A stretch of 57,289 bases of DNA from Andalucia godoyi And28 (taxonomy: Eukaryota; Protista; Jakobida). Each line of letters begins with the position of its first letter. The first letter of the stretch is position 1. The position numbers were made by a program, and so were the translations under genes. The stretch is taken from positions 114,443 through 171,731 of the forward strand of contig VRVR01000059.1 of assembly GCA_009859145.1 (NCBI GenBank). The letters are read 5' to 3'. Of this stretch, positions 21,130 to 31,596 are shown piece after piece. A model generated the notes under the pieces. It worked only from the letters and a program-made list of their open reading frames with translations. It was not told the DNA's origin and made no database searches.

Positions 21130-21330
21130 GCGATTGTTGCACCATGCACGAGAGTTCAGGGACTGCCAGGTCAGGTCGCGATCGTCACGGGTTAATGCGC
21201 TTCCAAGACATGGGGATTGCGTTGGAATACCGGAGAAATGGGGGAGGGATAGGCCCCAGCACGCTCTTTCGGCGTTTTTAAGATAAAATGCTACGTGCAC
21301 CGTTTTCCAAGGATGATCCATCCGTCATCC
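21130..21330 (-). mobile_element. Diverged TnpB/Fanzor 3' remnant with start of omega-RNA region
   Basis: Frameshifted G*RMDHPW(fs)NGARSI..YLKNAE followed by GGGGCCTATCCC; aligns by eye with 54800-54910. Boundaries approximate. Confidence 0.55.
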
Positions 21331-21377
21331 AACGTACGCCGAATGCAACGTAGGGGCGCTGAACAAGGACAGTGTTC

Positions 21378-22944
21378 TTAATACGGTCGGCGGTGCTTTG
21401 AAGCCGACGCACTTCGTGGTGCCCGCAAGCTGCCCGCAGATGCATTCCCTGCCTTTTCGGCTACGGCTGCTTTTCGAGCCGCTATTCCTCCTCTACCTCC
21501 GCCCGGCGCGACAACGGGTTTCTCATCGTTCCAGGGCGACAGGCTTCCGAGCACCGCACCGTCTTCTCTTCTCACGCTTCGTTTCTTCTTCTTGGGAGAA
21601 TCTTTCCCAAGAATCCCAAACGACGGGTCCAATGACTCTTCGCTCCTTTCGCTCCTTTCACCTTCATCACCACGGTCCTCATCGCCATAGCCGCCGTAAC
21701 TGCTCTTACTCTTAACTCTCATTCTCACTCTTGTTCCTACTGTGACTCCTATTCTGACTGTGGCTCTTCCCCGGACTGCCACGCTGGATGCTATATTCAG
21801 CGTCGGTGCCTACTTTGACCAATGCGACATACTGCTTCTTTGCGTCCACAAATCGCTGCTCAAGAACGCGTGTTTTCAGCCGGGTATCCTCAAGCTCGGC
21901 AGCGAGTCTTCCAATACCTCTGTCCATTTCACATAATTGATCTTCGGAAACCGTGGATTTTCGCCTCTCTAACAGCGACTGATACGCTTCCGCAATCATT
22001 TCTTCCAGAGCAGAGTGCTTCTTCCACAGTGATCCAAGCGAATCCATCGTTCGTTCAAGTTGATGTCGCTTGCTTTCAAACTCGGCCTCGAACGACTGCA
22101 GCAGCTTCTTCAGATTGTCGTTTTCCGCTCGGACGGATTCCGATGACTTGTGGACCGTGGCGGTTTTCTGGGCCGCCGCAACCTGCAGCTCAAGATCGTG
22201 AATCTCGTGCTTCAGCAGCGCCTCCTTCTCGCTCGCCTCGGACCTCAAAGAAGAGACCTTGCGGTACACATGCTTGAGAACCAAGTGAAAGCACTCCATC
22301 AGCTGCGAAACACCTGTTGTGGACTGACAAGAATGGACAAACGCACCGAGTTTCGTCAACACCAGCATCAAATACGGATCCGCTTGTTCGCTGCCACCAC
22401 CACTATCGCCGTTACCGTTACCGTTGCTGTTGCTGTTGCTATGGCTGGTGATGAGAGACGAGTCCGCTCTGGATTGCGCGCTCTCGGGATCCACCTGGAA
22501 GCACTTGGCCGCATGCTCCAGCTCGGTCGTAAACATCTGCACGAACGCCGTGCGACTACCAGACTCCTTCGACAGCTTGGCCCGCAGTTCCGCCTCGAGC
22601 TTTGCGTAGCGCTCGGCAGTCGACCGCTCACGATCTGCGTACTGTGCAATGAGCGACTGGACACGCGCCGCGTGCTTCTCCTGCAGCTCGGCATATGCAC
22701 GCTTCCACAACTCGAGCTCCTGCTCGACGGCAGCTACGTGGTGCACCAGATACATGGGGTCCACGGGCTGATGATGGTGGTGCGCAGCGGCTCCCAGTGA
22801 ACTAGAGTTCGTCATCTGAACGTCTGTAGTGGACGACGCTGACGAAGCGATTGGAGACAGCGACAGTCCATACGCCGGCGTCGCAGACAGCTGCGCAAGG
22901 TCCCGCTCAAGCGACTGCTCAAGCCTCGAAATCGGAGAAGTCAT
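21378..22944 (-). CDS. Coiled-coil protein (about 521 aa if a +1 indel at 21714-15 is corrected)
   Basis: ORFs 21712-22956 and 21378-21782 overlap; one extra base in an AG-rich hexamer repeat creates TAA. First ATG at 22944. Confidence 0.7.
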
Positions 22945-23002
22945 CAAAAATCGCAATCCGAAATTTCAAAACATAAAACACCAAATTCAAATAAAAACCA
23001 AA

Positions 23003-23009
23003 ACACACA

Positions 23010-23094
<85 letters not shown>
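23003..23094 (+). repeat. Interrupted (CA)n microsatellite
   Basis: CA run directly visible upstream of the coiled-coil gene. Confidence 0.95.
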
Positions 23095-23098
<4 letters not shown>

Positions 23099-23168
23099 AA
23101 GGCAAAAAGCAAATAGCAATCATCCTTCAGAGAATAATAAAACGAGGCGACCGAAAAAGGAAAAACGG

Positions 23169-23176
23169 GCGGGAAA
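23169..23176 (-). promoter_or_regulatory. E2F-like site TTTCCCGC upstream of the coiled-coil gene
   Basis: GCGGGAAA on the plus strand, about 225 bp upstream of ATG 22944. Confidence 0.3.
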
Positions 23177-23535
23177 AAATCGGGCAATTTTTCACTAAAA
23201 AGGAATTTGCTTTTGCTTTTTTAACTTTGCGACAGAAATACAGAGATTGGTTGATCGAACTGAGAAAGCGCACTCCTCGCAGCTTCTTTATGCGGCCGTT
23301 TTCTGCGGAAGAGCTCTCGACAGAGGATCTCGCACACGACCACCAGAACCCAATTCCGAAGTTCATGACCCACGTGGTTCCAGTCCCGAATTCCTGACAT
23401 GGTGCAAAACGAATGGAGGTGAAGAACAATTGTTTGAAGATATCATCAATATGTACTGTGTATTCCGCGTCATGTTAAACAACCAACGAAAGATGATAAA
23501 GAGGCCCCCCTCCAAAGAAATCAATGGGGCAGCTT

Positions 23536-25872
23536 TTAGAAGCGTCGAGCTGGTGCGCCTCTTACATTATTATGGTGCGCATCACCGTTTCCAACAACAT
23601 CCTCCTCGATGCCGTCTTCATCACCACCGCCGTTGTTCCCATACTGCTGCTGCTGTCCGTACTGATTTCCAGAATACGATCCGTAGGACGACGAGCCGTT
23701 CGCTTCGAGAACTGCGATGCTGTTGGGCGGTTCGGCACCAATTCGGGGAAACTGCGATCGCACTTGTCCGCCTCTTGAAGAAGGCTTTACGACCCCTTTC
23801 GATGCAGACGGCTTTGTCCGGCCCGAAGAAGGAGGCTTGAGCTGCTTAAATGAGCCCTGTGCATAGACCGCAGACGCAGCTGCAGTCGAAGATTGGCTGC
23901 CTGAGGAAGAAGAAGAAGGAGGAGGCGCAATGCTCCCGCTCATGGATGATGGAGGTGACGAACCTGACGATGTCGACGGAGGAGAATGCATCATTGCCAA
24001 ATGGTGGTTTGCAGCATTCACGTACTGTTGGTTGGAAAGCATTCCCGATCCACCACCGAGACTATCCATGCGCGCAGACTGTCTGTTCTTGGCGTTTGCT
24101 CCACTGTTGCTGCTACTGATGGCGTTATTGCTGCCACCATTACCACTTCCACTTCCACCGCCAGTACTAGTACTATTGGACGGCACCGATGGCGAACTTC
24201 CCATTGTGGCTGCAGACGATCCCGACGACGGCTGCAACGAGAGAATTTGCACCGAGCCGCTGGAGGATGGATTCTTGGATGTCCGTGGACCTAACGCAAA
24301 AGAAGAGAGACCCATTCCAGGACCCAGGATTGGAGTAGACGGCTTGGAACCGTCTCCGAGTGGTGGTGTGATGGGCGGCGACCTTGGCTTCTCTAGATCA
24401 CGACCTCTCAATATAGACGATGTCGACCCCGGGATCGGATGGCCTTGGTGCTGGGAGTGCTGATACTGCGACACAAACGAGGATTTCGTCGACGATTGTC
24501 CGCCACCGTGCGGCACTGAGGATGCTGACTCTGCATACGAATTGGGTTCCTTTCTTCCCTCCAAGACAAACATCGGTTGCTGATGTTGGGAAGGGTGCTG
24601 CTGGCCATAGGTTGCAGCTGTCGCATTGCTTGGACCCGTCGTCGTCGATGACTTTTTAGCGTTCGGCGGGGGGAGGTTGGACAAGCTTACGTTTGTCCTC
24701 GCAGACGACTGAGACTGCAATTCCTCTGCCTTGACGGACGCTCTACTAACGGACGCATCCCGCAATGGCGGCACCACAGGACCACTTGCATGTGCGTGCG
24801 ACGGAGGCTGCATTCCCTGCGACTGCGACTGCGACTGCGATTGCGAATGAGACTGCCCTTGCACTTGAGTTTGAGGTTGTGACTGAGTTTGGGACTGCAG
24901 TGATGGCTGTGAAGAATGGCCTGCAGGGGTTGGTGTGGACAGGGACGGGGTCGGGGTTGGCCGTTTGAACCGCTTTTCCCACTCTTCCTTGAGACCCTCA
25001 AAGTACGGGTGCTCCAGACACTGTCCGGCAGACAGTCGTTCTGCGGGGTCCTTTTTCAGCAAGCCCTTAATAAAGTGGAGTGCCTTTTTCGTGAGTTTTC
25101 CAAAATACTTTTTCTCGATTGTTTCTGGCTTCGACATGTCTGGAAACTTGTATCCAATGAATCGTGGGTTTCTGTAAAACAGTTCCATTTGTTCCGACGT
25201 CAGCGGGCCCAAAACACGCTGGATGACATACAACTGGTCGATGTCCGATTCTCCGGGAAACATTGCCTGGCCGTCGAGCAGCTCGCCCATGATGCATCCA
25301 ATGGCCCACACATCGACTTCCTTTCCGTAGTTGGTGGACCCCAACAGCAGCTCTGGAGACCTGTACCACCGTGTCGCGACATACTCTGTATAGTTTGGAT
25401 TCGACGTCTGTTTCCCCACCAGCGTCCTCGCAAACCCAAAGTCACACAGCTTCAACACATTGTCCGCCCCAATAAGCAGGTTCTCAGGTTTGATGTCCCT
25501 GTGAATGATGTCGTGCCGATGACAGTACTCGATTGCAAGACACAGCTGGTAAATCAGTCGCCGCACAAGTTCCGGATGAAGCCCCGTTGCCGACTCTTCC
25601 AGCTGCTCAAGCATGTTCCTCTCCACATACTCAAACACCAAATACAGCTTCCCCTTCCGCCGAAACGCCTCCTTCAGACACACAATGTTCTCCTGCTTCA
25701 GCATCCGGAGAATCTTCACTTCGCGCAGAGTCGTCTTGCGCACCATCTCGTCATCCTCAGACTCTTTGAACTTCTTGATCGCAACAATCTCACTCGTCTC
25801 CTTGTTCCGGCACTTCAGCACCACTCCATACGCTCCTTCGCCAACAACGCCAAGAACTTCGTACTTGTTCAT
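23536..25872 (-). CDS. CDKL5: Cyclin-dependent kinase-like 5 (ciliary CDKL kinase)
   Basis: [26 protein letters not shown]...[38 protein letters not shown] activation loop, long S/G/Q-rich tail. Confidence 0.93.
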   Translation of the reverse strand: MNKYEVLGVVGEGAYGVVLKCRNKETSEIVAIKKFKESEDDEMVRKTTLREVKILRMLKQENIVCLKEAFRRKGKLYLVFEYVERNMLEQLEESATGLHPELVRRLIYQLCLAIEYCHRHDIIHRDIKPENLLIGADNVLKLCDFGFARTLVGKQTSNPNYTEYVATRWYRSPELLLGSTNYGKEVDVWAIGCIMGELLDGQAMFPGESDIDQLYVIQRVLGPLTSEQMELFYRNPRFIGYKFPDMSKPETIEKKYFGKLTKKALHFIKGLLKKDPAERLSAGQCLEHPYFEGLKEEWEKRFKRPTPTPSLSTPTPAGHSSQPSLQSQTQSQPQTQVQGQSHSQSQSQSQSQGMQPPSHAHASGPVVPPLRDASVSRASVKAEELQSQSSARTNVSLSNLPPPNAKKSSTTTGPSNATAATYGQQHPSQHQQPMFVLEGRKEPNSYAESASSVPHGGGQSSTKSSFVSQYQHSQHQGHPIPGSTSSILRGRDLEKPRSPPITPPLGDGSKPSTPILGPGMGLSSFALGPRTSKNPSSSGSVQILSLQPSSGSSAATMGSSPSVPSNSTSTGGGSGSGNGGSNNAISSSNSGANAKNRQSARMDSLGGGSGMLSNQQYVNAANHHLAMMHSPPSTSSGSSPPSSMSGSIAPPPSSSSSGSQSSTAAASAVYAQGSFKQLKPPSSGRTKPSASKGVVKPSSRGGQVRSQFPRIGAEPPNSIAVLEANGSSSYGSYSGNQYGQQQQYGNNGGGDEDGIEEDVVGNGDAHHNNVRGAPARRF

Positions 25873-26021
25873 CGCTATCGATACTCGCACTCACTGACAC
25901 ACCCAACACTTCCAACCACGAGCAGTATCTCCAAATATCACACGCCTCCCAGAAAAGAAATTTGAAAAAAAATAATAATATAATAAAATAATTATGAAAT
26001 AGCCCACCAAAACGAAATCAA

Positions 26022-26092
26022 AAAACCAAAACCAAAACCAAAACCAAAACCAAAACCAAAACCAAAACCAAGACCAAAAGCAAAAGCAAAAG
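26022..26092 (+). repeat. (AAAACC)n grading into (AAAAGC)n hexamer repeat
   Basis: Directly visible tandem hexamers between CDKL5 and the Rieske gene. Confidence 0.9.
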
Positions 26093-26288
26093 CTGGAATT
26101 CTCTTCAAAATCATAACAACAAAGACGGATAAGAACGGAAACGATTCGAGCAGAAAAGGACTTTTTGGTCGACCGTTGGCAAAGCCATGTGTTATCCTTT
26201 TTACGACTGACGGGATTTTTTCTTCTTCTGCTTTCTTCTTTTCGAACATTCTTGGGCACGTTCACGGGGCATGCATGGTACTACTGGC

Positions 26289-27662
26289 TTACCAGCGAAG
26301 ATCAATGCCGGTTGCTCCGGAGCCATTCTTTGCGACCCATTTGTGGTACAGGACGCTTGCGCGGTCCGATTTCAAGAATCTGTCCGACTTTGCTCCAAAG
26401 TGCCGCGGGACCTGCGATCCGATGGCAACGTCGTCTTCGTGGATGAAGATGGATGCTTCCATGCGGTAGATGAGCCACGAAATAAACCTCCCAAGCCATG
26501 GAACCTTCTTGGAAACCACAAGCTGCTGCATGATCCCACCGATAAAATAGCACCGGTCGCCATCAATCGGGCACAGCGCAACCAGTAGGTTGATGTTCTT
26601 TGCATTTTGGAACTGGAGGAAACCCGTGGAAGGATAATACACGTCGGATCGCGAGTGAGACCCTTCCTCGGATGCATTCTGCCGAAATACGAAATCGGTT
26701 TGGATCCCCACTTCGTCGTCCTTGATCTGAATCTTCATTGTTTCCACGAAGCGCGACTGCTGTTTGCAGAACGTGCGGAACAGGGCATTCGAGTGCAGAA
26801 CCGCTTGATGTGCACCATCTAACATAGTGTTCTCAATAATTCTCATAAACGTATGCGGAGAATCAATGCCTTCAAAGTACGAGTTCTCCTTGGCGGGAAT
26901 AACGAGCGTACGGTCTACCGCATCCCTGTATGCATGATCAATCGGTAGCCGCACATTCGCCGAGCGCTCCAGTAGCGTCTCGTAATCCAGATTTGCGGGA
27001 CCAGCATAAAACATCCAAATCAGCCCGTACTCATCCCGGCTCGGAAACGTCTCGAGAGAATGTGCGTGCGACAAGCAGGGCTCGAGATGCTCCGTTGGCT
27101 GGTACACACAGTTTCCTCTGGAGTCCATGTGGAGTCCATGGTACGGACACACCACGCATTTCCTTGCATCGCATGCATTCGCATCGCTCCCGTCTCTCTT
27201 GACCTTGATGTCTGCAAGCCAGCCGTATCCAAGCGATGCGCCCTTGTGAGGGCATCGAGCAGACTGTACAACGACCACACCATTTTCATCCTTCCACACC
27301 ACGAGCTCTCTGCCAAACCGCCGGATGGAAACCGGCTTGTCACGCGGCACTCCGGTGGACACAAGGACCGGATACCATACATTCACAGGCCAATCCACAA
27401 ACTTTTCCTTCTGTGAGTCGATCTTCCACTGGTCCACGGACGGTTGCTTGGCTCCAGTCACCACAACACCGGCCATCAAGAGCTGCTTTGCGTGCGGAAA
27501 GCCAGTTCGAATCGCAATCGCAAGCACCAGCACGTGGAAAAGGTACGAGAACACGAAGTAGCCAGGGCCATCCACGAGGCTCGTCCAAAGCAAGGAGATT
27601 CCAGGAGGAAATGGCACCACTAGGTACGCGAGACCAACGGAAAGGCAGGCGAGCAGACTCAT
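26289..27662 (-). CDS. Membrane-anchored Rieske [2Fe-2S] non-heme iron oxygenase/desaturase
   Basis: Hydrophobic N-terminal helices; Rieske CPHKGASLG...CPYHG; mononuclear Fe motif ENTMLDGAHQAVLH; C-terminal FIHEDD ligand region. First ATG at 27662. Confidence 0.85.
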   Translation of the reverse strand: MSLLACLSVGLAYLVVPFPPGISLLWTSLVDGPGYFVFSYLFHVLVLAIAIRTGFPHAKQLLMAGVVVTGAKQPSVDQWKIDSQKEKFVDWPVNVWYPVLVSTGVPRDKPVSIRRFGRELVVWKDENGVVVVQSARCPHKGASLGYGWLADIKVKRDGSDANACDARKCVVCPYHGLHMDSRGNCVYQPTEHLEPCLSHAHSLETFPSRDEYGLIWMFYAGPANLDYETLLERSANVRLPIDHAYRDAVDRTLVIPAKENSYFEGIDSPHTFMRIIENTMLDGAHQAVLHSNALFRTFCKQQSRFVETMKIQIKDDEVGIQTDFVFRQNASEEGSHSRSDVYYPSTGFLQFQNAKNINLLVALCPIDGDRCYFIGGIMQQLVVSKKVPWLGRFISWLIYRMEASIFIHEDDVAIGSQVPRHFGAKSDRFLKSDRASVLYHKWVAKNGSGATGIDLRW

Positions 27663-28187
27663 GGGCAGCTGCAAGTTTTTTCTTCTCTTATTCTTCTCGA
27701 CGATCACCTGCCGCCTACTGCTAATGGCTGATTAACAAACAGTAACAATCAAAGAAATGGATTTCATTTTTTCCCATTCGTTTTTCTCGAGACGAAACCG
27801 GGCATTCGAAAGGAACAGGAATGTCGCATGTTGAACCGTTGAATAATAATAACACGTCATTGTCATGCATACCATAAACAGACACCGTCAATATTGGCAG
27901 ACACTAGCACGTTGCTGTGACACAGGAATTCGTGCTTACACGTAGCCACCTATCATTCTATCATTCGTTGGTTTGGTTTTTTGGTTTCACTCTTTTACTC
28001 AAATATGGGCGTGAGTGCGCTGGGATGACGCATTCGCCTACGCCTACGCCTACGACGCTCGATACAGGGCCTCCGAGGTCCCGCAGACCTACTAAGAGAC
28101 CACGTGCCACTACGCCCACCGCCTCTTCCTCTCGCATCTCCAGTTGCATCAATCGCTGCAACTGAGGACACGAAAGCGCCTGCTGCT

Positions 28188-28298
28188 AGGGCCGTCAGAA
28201 TCAAAATGCACCCTTCTCAGGAACCACGTGTCATGCTGAGAAAGTGGTTCGGTGCGGAGTACACGTCCAAAACGCGCGGGCGCTGCGGTGAGATCCAT
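28188..28298 (+). mobile_element. TnpB/Fanzor internal-deletion remnant (N-terminal HTH fused to zinc-finger start)
   Basis: In one frame RAVRIKMHPSQEPRVMLRKWFGA|EYTSKTRGRCGEIH: TnpB N-terminal motif joined to the EYTSKTC..CG motif; the second half aligns in nucleotides with 55016-54974 (minus). Confidence 0.7.
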
Positions 28299-28731
28299 GC
28301 ATGTCTGTTCGTAGATATGCATGTTCAATGCATAATGAATGCATCTCCGCTCACGTGTGTGATGATGACCTGTGACACATCCGACGGCCCAATTCCCAGA
28401 TAAGGGAAAATCGCGAAAATGTCGAGGCAAGTGCGGTTTGCATCGGACATTTTCACGCCGTCAAGAGGACATCCGGCTGGTTGACGCGCTCTGAAAGGGT
28501 GCGTCGGAACAGAAAACGTCGGGCGGTTTGCGCGTGTTTTATTCTTTCCTCCTCGTTTTAAATTTCCCTCGTTGTCCACGTAGCACAAAAAAGGCCGAAA
28601 CTCGCTGTTGCTTCGGATCATCTGTTGTCGATGTTCTGTTCAATTTCATCGCTGTCCAACACCAAGCGCGATCCAAAAAAGAGACATTCTAATCATCATT
28701 GTTGTTTCCCCATCGCCGGCAAACCGAGAGG

Positions 28732-29466
28732 ATGAATGACCGGATGGGCGCGGAGGACCAGGACATCTCTCCACAACCAGGTGTAATTGGCCGACATCGA
28801 GTGGCGACCATCCTTTCGTCTGCAGCCGCAGCAGCAGGCCGCAGCAGCAGCAGTAGTAGTAACAGTAGCAGTAGCAGTAGCAGCAGCAGCATCAGCAGCA
28901 GCAGCAGTAGTAGTAGTAATAGTGGTGGTGGTGGTGGTGGTGCAAGATATTCTACAGGTGGGGGCGATGTGCATGCGGACCATCTGCGCAGAGAGCCGAT
29001 TGATTATCAGCGCGACATGCAACTGACGTCCATGTTTGCGTCCTTGCCTGCTACACCAAGAACTGCGGCTGGCTATCGCGGCAACGACAGCAGCTCCTCC
29101 TCGCGACACAGGGTCCGGGCATTGCAAACGAACAGCATTGTTGACAGCAGCAACTCGGATGACTTCGAATCAGAAGGCACGCATTCGCATTCGCAGTCAC
29201 AGTCACAGTCACAGTCACAACCGCAACCGCATCCGCAGCCACAACCGTTTCATGCGAGAGCAACAGTCGTCCGAGGGACATTTCAGGCACCTGTCTTGCC
29301 GATGGGAGCGCGGGAACGAGAGATTTTGACGGGGAGACAGCAGCATATTGTGAACGCCACGAACGCCACGATTTACGCTCAGCTGCGGTCGTTTTTGGAA
29401 ACGATACTGAAAACATGCAATCGCACGATCTTGTTTGCGACGGACAAACTAAGCTTGCGGCAGTGA
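28732..29466 (+). CDS. Hypothetical Ser/Gln-rich protein (244 aa)
   Basis: Intact ORF with coding-type trinucleotide repeats and a helical C-terminus (REREILTGRQQHIVNATNATIYAQLRSFLETIL); no family recognised. Confidence 0.55.
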   Translation: MNDRMGAEDQDISPQPGVIGRHRVATILSSAAAAAGRSSSSSSNSSSSSSSSSISSSSSSSSNSGGGGGGARYSTGGGDVHADHLRREPIDYQRDMQLTSMFASLPATPRTAAGYRGNDSSSSSRHRVRALQTNSIVDSSNSDDFESEGTHSHSQSQSQSQSQPQPHPQPQPFHARATVVRGTFQAPVLPMGAREREILTGRQQHIVNATNATIYAQLRSFLETILKTCNRTILFATDKLSLRQ

Positions 29467-29596
29467 ATCCTGCGAAACGGAAGGGGATTATGCGTCATCT
29501 GGGTTGCTTTTTCTTTTCCCGTCGTGTGTGTGTGACGTCTTTTGCGATTGGGATTGGGATTGGGATTGGGATTGCGATTGAGATTTTGAGGCTCCG

Positions 29597-31563
29597 TTAC
29601 ACGAGGTCATCAACAGAGTGTTCCGATACAAAGAGCAACCGAATGGTGTCCATTCGACGCTTTCGCAGTTCCTCCGCAGCCTCTCGAGAGCCCCCAACGA
29701 TGCCAAATGCACCTTCAAATAAAAATACCTTTTGCTTTTGAAGCAACTGCAGCTTTTCCTCGATCGTGTCTGCGGAAATGTACCGTCGGACGACCACACG
29801 TTCAGCAGTATTTCCGATTCGCCAAGCCCGGTCTCGGGCTTGTGTCTCGGCCGGTTCGTTCCACCACGGATCGACAATCATGACTTGCGTCGCGCGTGTC
29901 AGATTCAGGCCGAAGCCGCCAGCACGCAGAGAAATGAGAAATACACGACAATCAATGCTGCTCGATTCTTGGAATCTACGGACAGCTTCCAGGCGTTCAG
30001 TACGGGACATGGTGCCATCCAAGCGCGTGTACGAAATGCCGTTGATGGTCAGCGCTTCTTCGAGAATAGACAAGAAGGACGTCCACTGCGAGAAAATCAG
30101 CACCTTCTCTTCAGAACCCATTTCGAAGAGAATGTCATGGATGATGGCATCAACTTTTGACGAGCTGACAAACGGTTGAGGAGCGTTCGGAAGGCCAGGT
30201 TCCTCCTTCTGGGCCGGAGAGGCCTTGTTGCTAGAGTTACTCGGGCCGTCAGCACCCACCTGTTTTAGCCGGTCCTTTTTCTCTTTTTCATGAAGCAGCT
30301 CGACGACGTGCTTCAGCGGTCGAACGGAGGAAGCATTCAGAGGATTCCGACACAGCGGGCACAGCGGCTGCAGATCCATTGATTTTTGCAGACACTCCGT
30401 GTGGTAAACATGAGAGCATCGTGTCACGCAGCCGTCTTCCGGCGTGATGGCAACAAAGCAGATGGGACAGCTGTGTTCATCATTCACGTCATTGTCATCG
30501 GCGACACCACCGCCAGAGCTAGCATTGGCACCAGTATTAGTACTAAGAGTCGACGACGACGATGCTGCTGGTGCTGCGAGGGCCATGCTGTGGTGAATCT
30601 GCAAAATGCTCTCTTTCAACCTCTCCAGGTCCTGAGCATTCGGAATGAACTCCTGAATCGACCGGTCCTGATTGTCGTCTCGAATGGTCATTTCAACTTC
30701 CTCCATGGCCTGCAGTGCAGCCTGAAGATTCGTCAGCAAAGAAGAGTGATTGCACAGCTGTCGCAACCGCATGAGCAACGACAACACATGCATGAACTGC
30801 GCCAGAAGTTCGTTTCTGCGAATGAGGCGTTGGATATCGTCTCGACTCTGCTTGAACATGAAATTGTACAGCTCCCGGTCTCTTTCCGATAGGGTAACTT
30901 TCCGAACCATCTCTTGCAACACAGGAAGCCGAACAAGTTGATTGTGGTTCTCATCGCACTCCTTTGACCGTCGGAGACACGTACTCTTGATCAGGCGCTG
31001 CAGTCGTTCCCAGCCAAGCACGTTGTCATCATGGTTGATCGACTTCAGCGGCTTGGAGATGAAGTCGTTCCACACTTCGATCGAATCGAAAGGATCCGCG
31101 CGAATTGTCCGGAACAGCGAAAACAAATCCTTCATATGATTTTGGACTGGAGTACCCGTCAAGCACCACCGCACCTTTGCGTTCAAAAACCAACATGCTC
31201 GAGAGGTCTTTGTTCCCGCAGTCTTCATCATGTGGGCTTCGTCAAAAATTACACGGTAAAACAGCTTATCTGTGTACAATCGCACCCGATCTTTTCGGAA
31301 CAGTCCCTCCCGCGGAGTAAACACGGCTCGACGAGCTCGTTTGCCTCGCGGAATCAATCCTGTTGCTTGCTCGCCATTCACAGTGCCACCTTGCCGGGTC
31401 TGAGCATTCGAGGAGCTGGAGGAGTTTGTAGGAAGAGCACCTCGCGCTGTCTCGCCGCTGCATTCGCAGGCAGGATTCGCGACCCCGTCAGAGCTAGAAA
31501 CGCGATTCCTGATACCAGTACCATCAACAGTACCTCCTTGTCCTCCACGCTCCTGATGGCGAA

Positions 31564-31596
<33 letters not shown>

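Noticed and set aside
26022-26070. (GGTTTT)n on the minus strand as an interstitial telomere
   Set aside because: Grades into (GCTTTT)n and resembles other A-rich simple repeats upstream of genes; the telomere unit of this organism is unknown.
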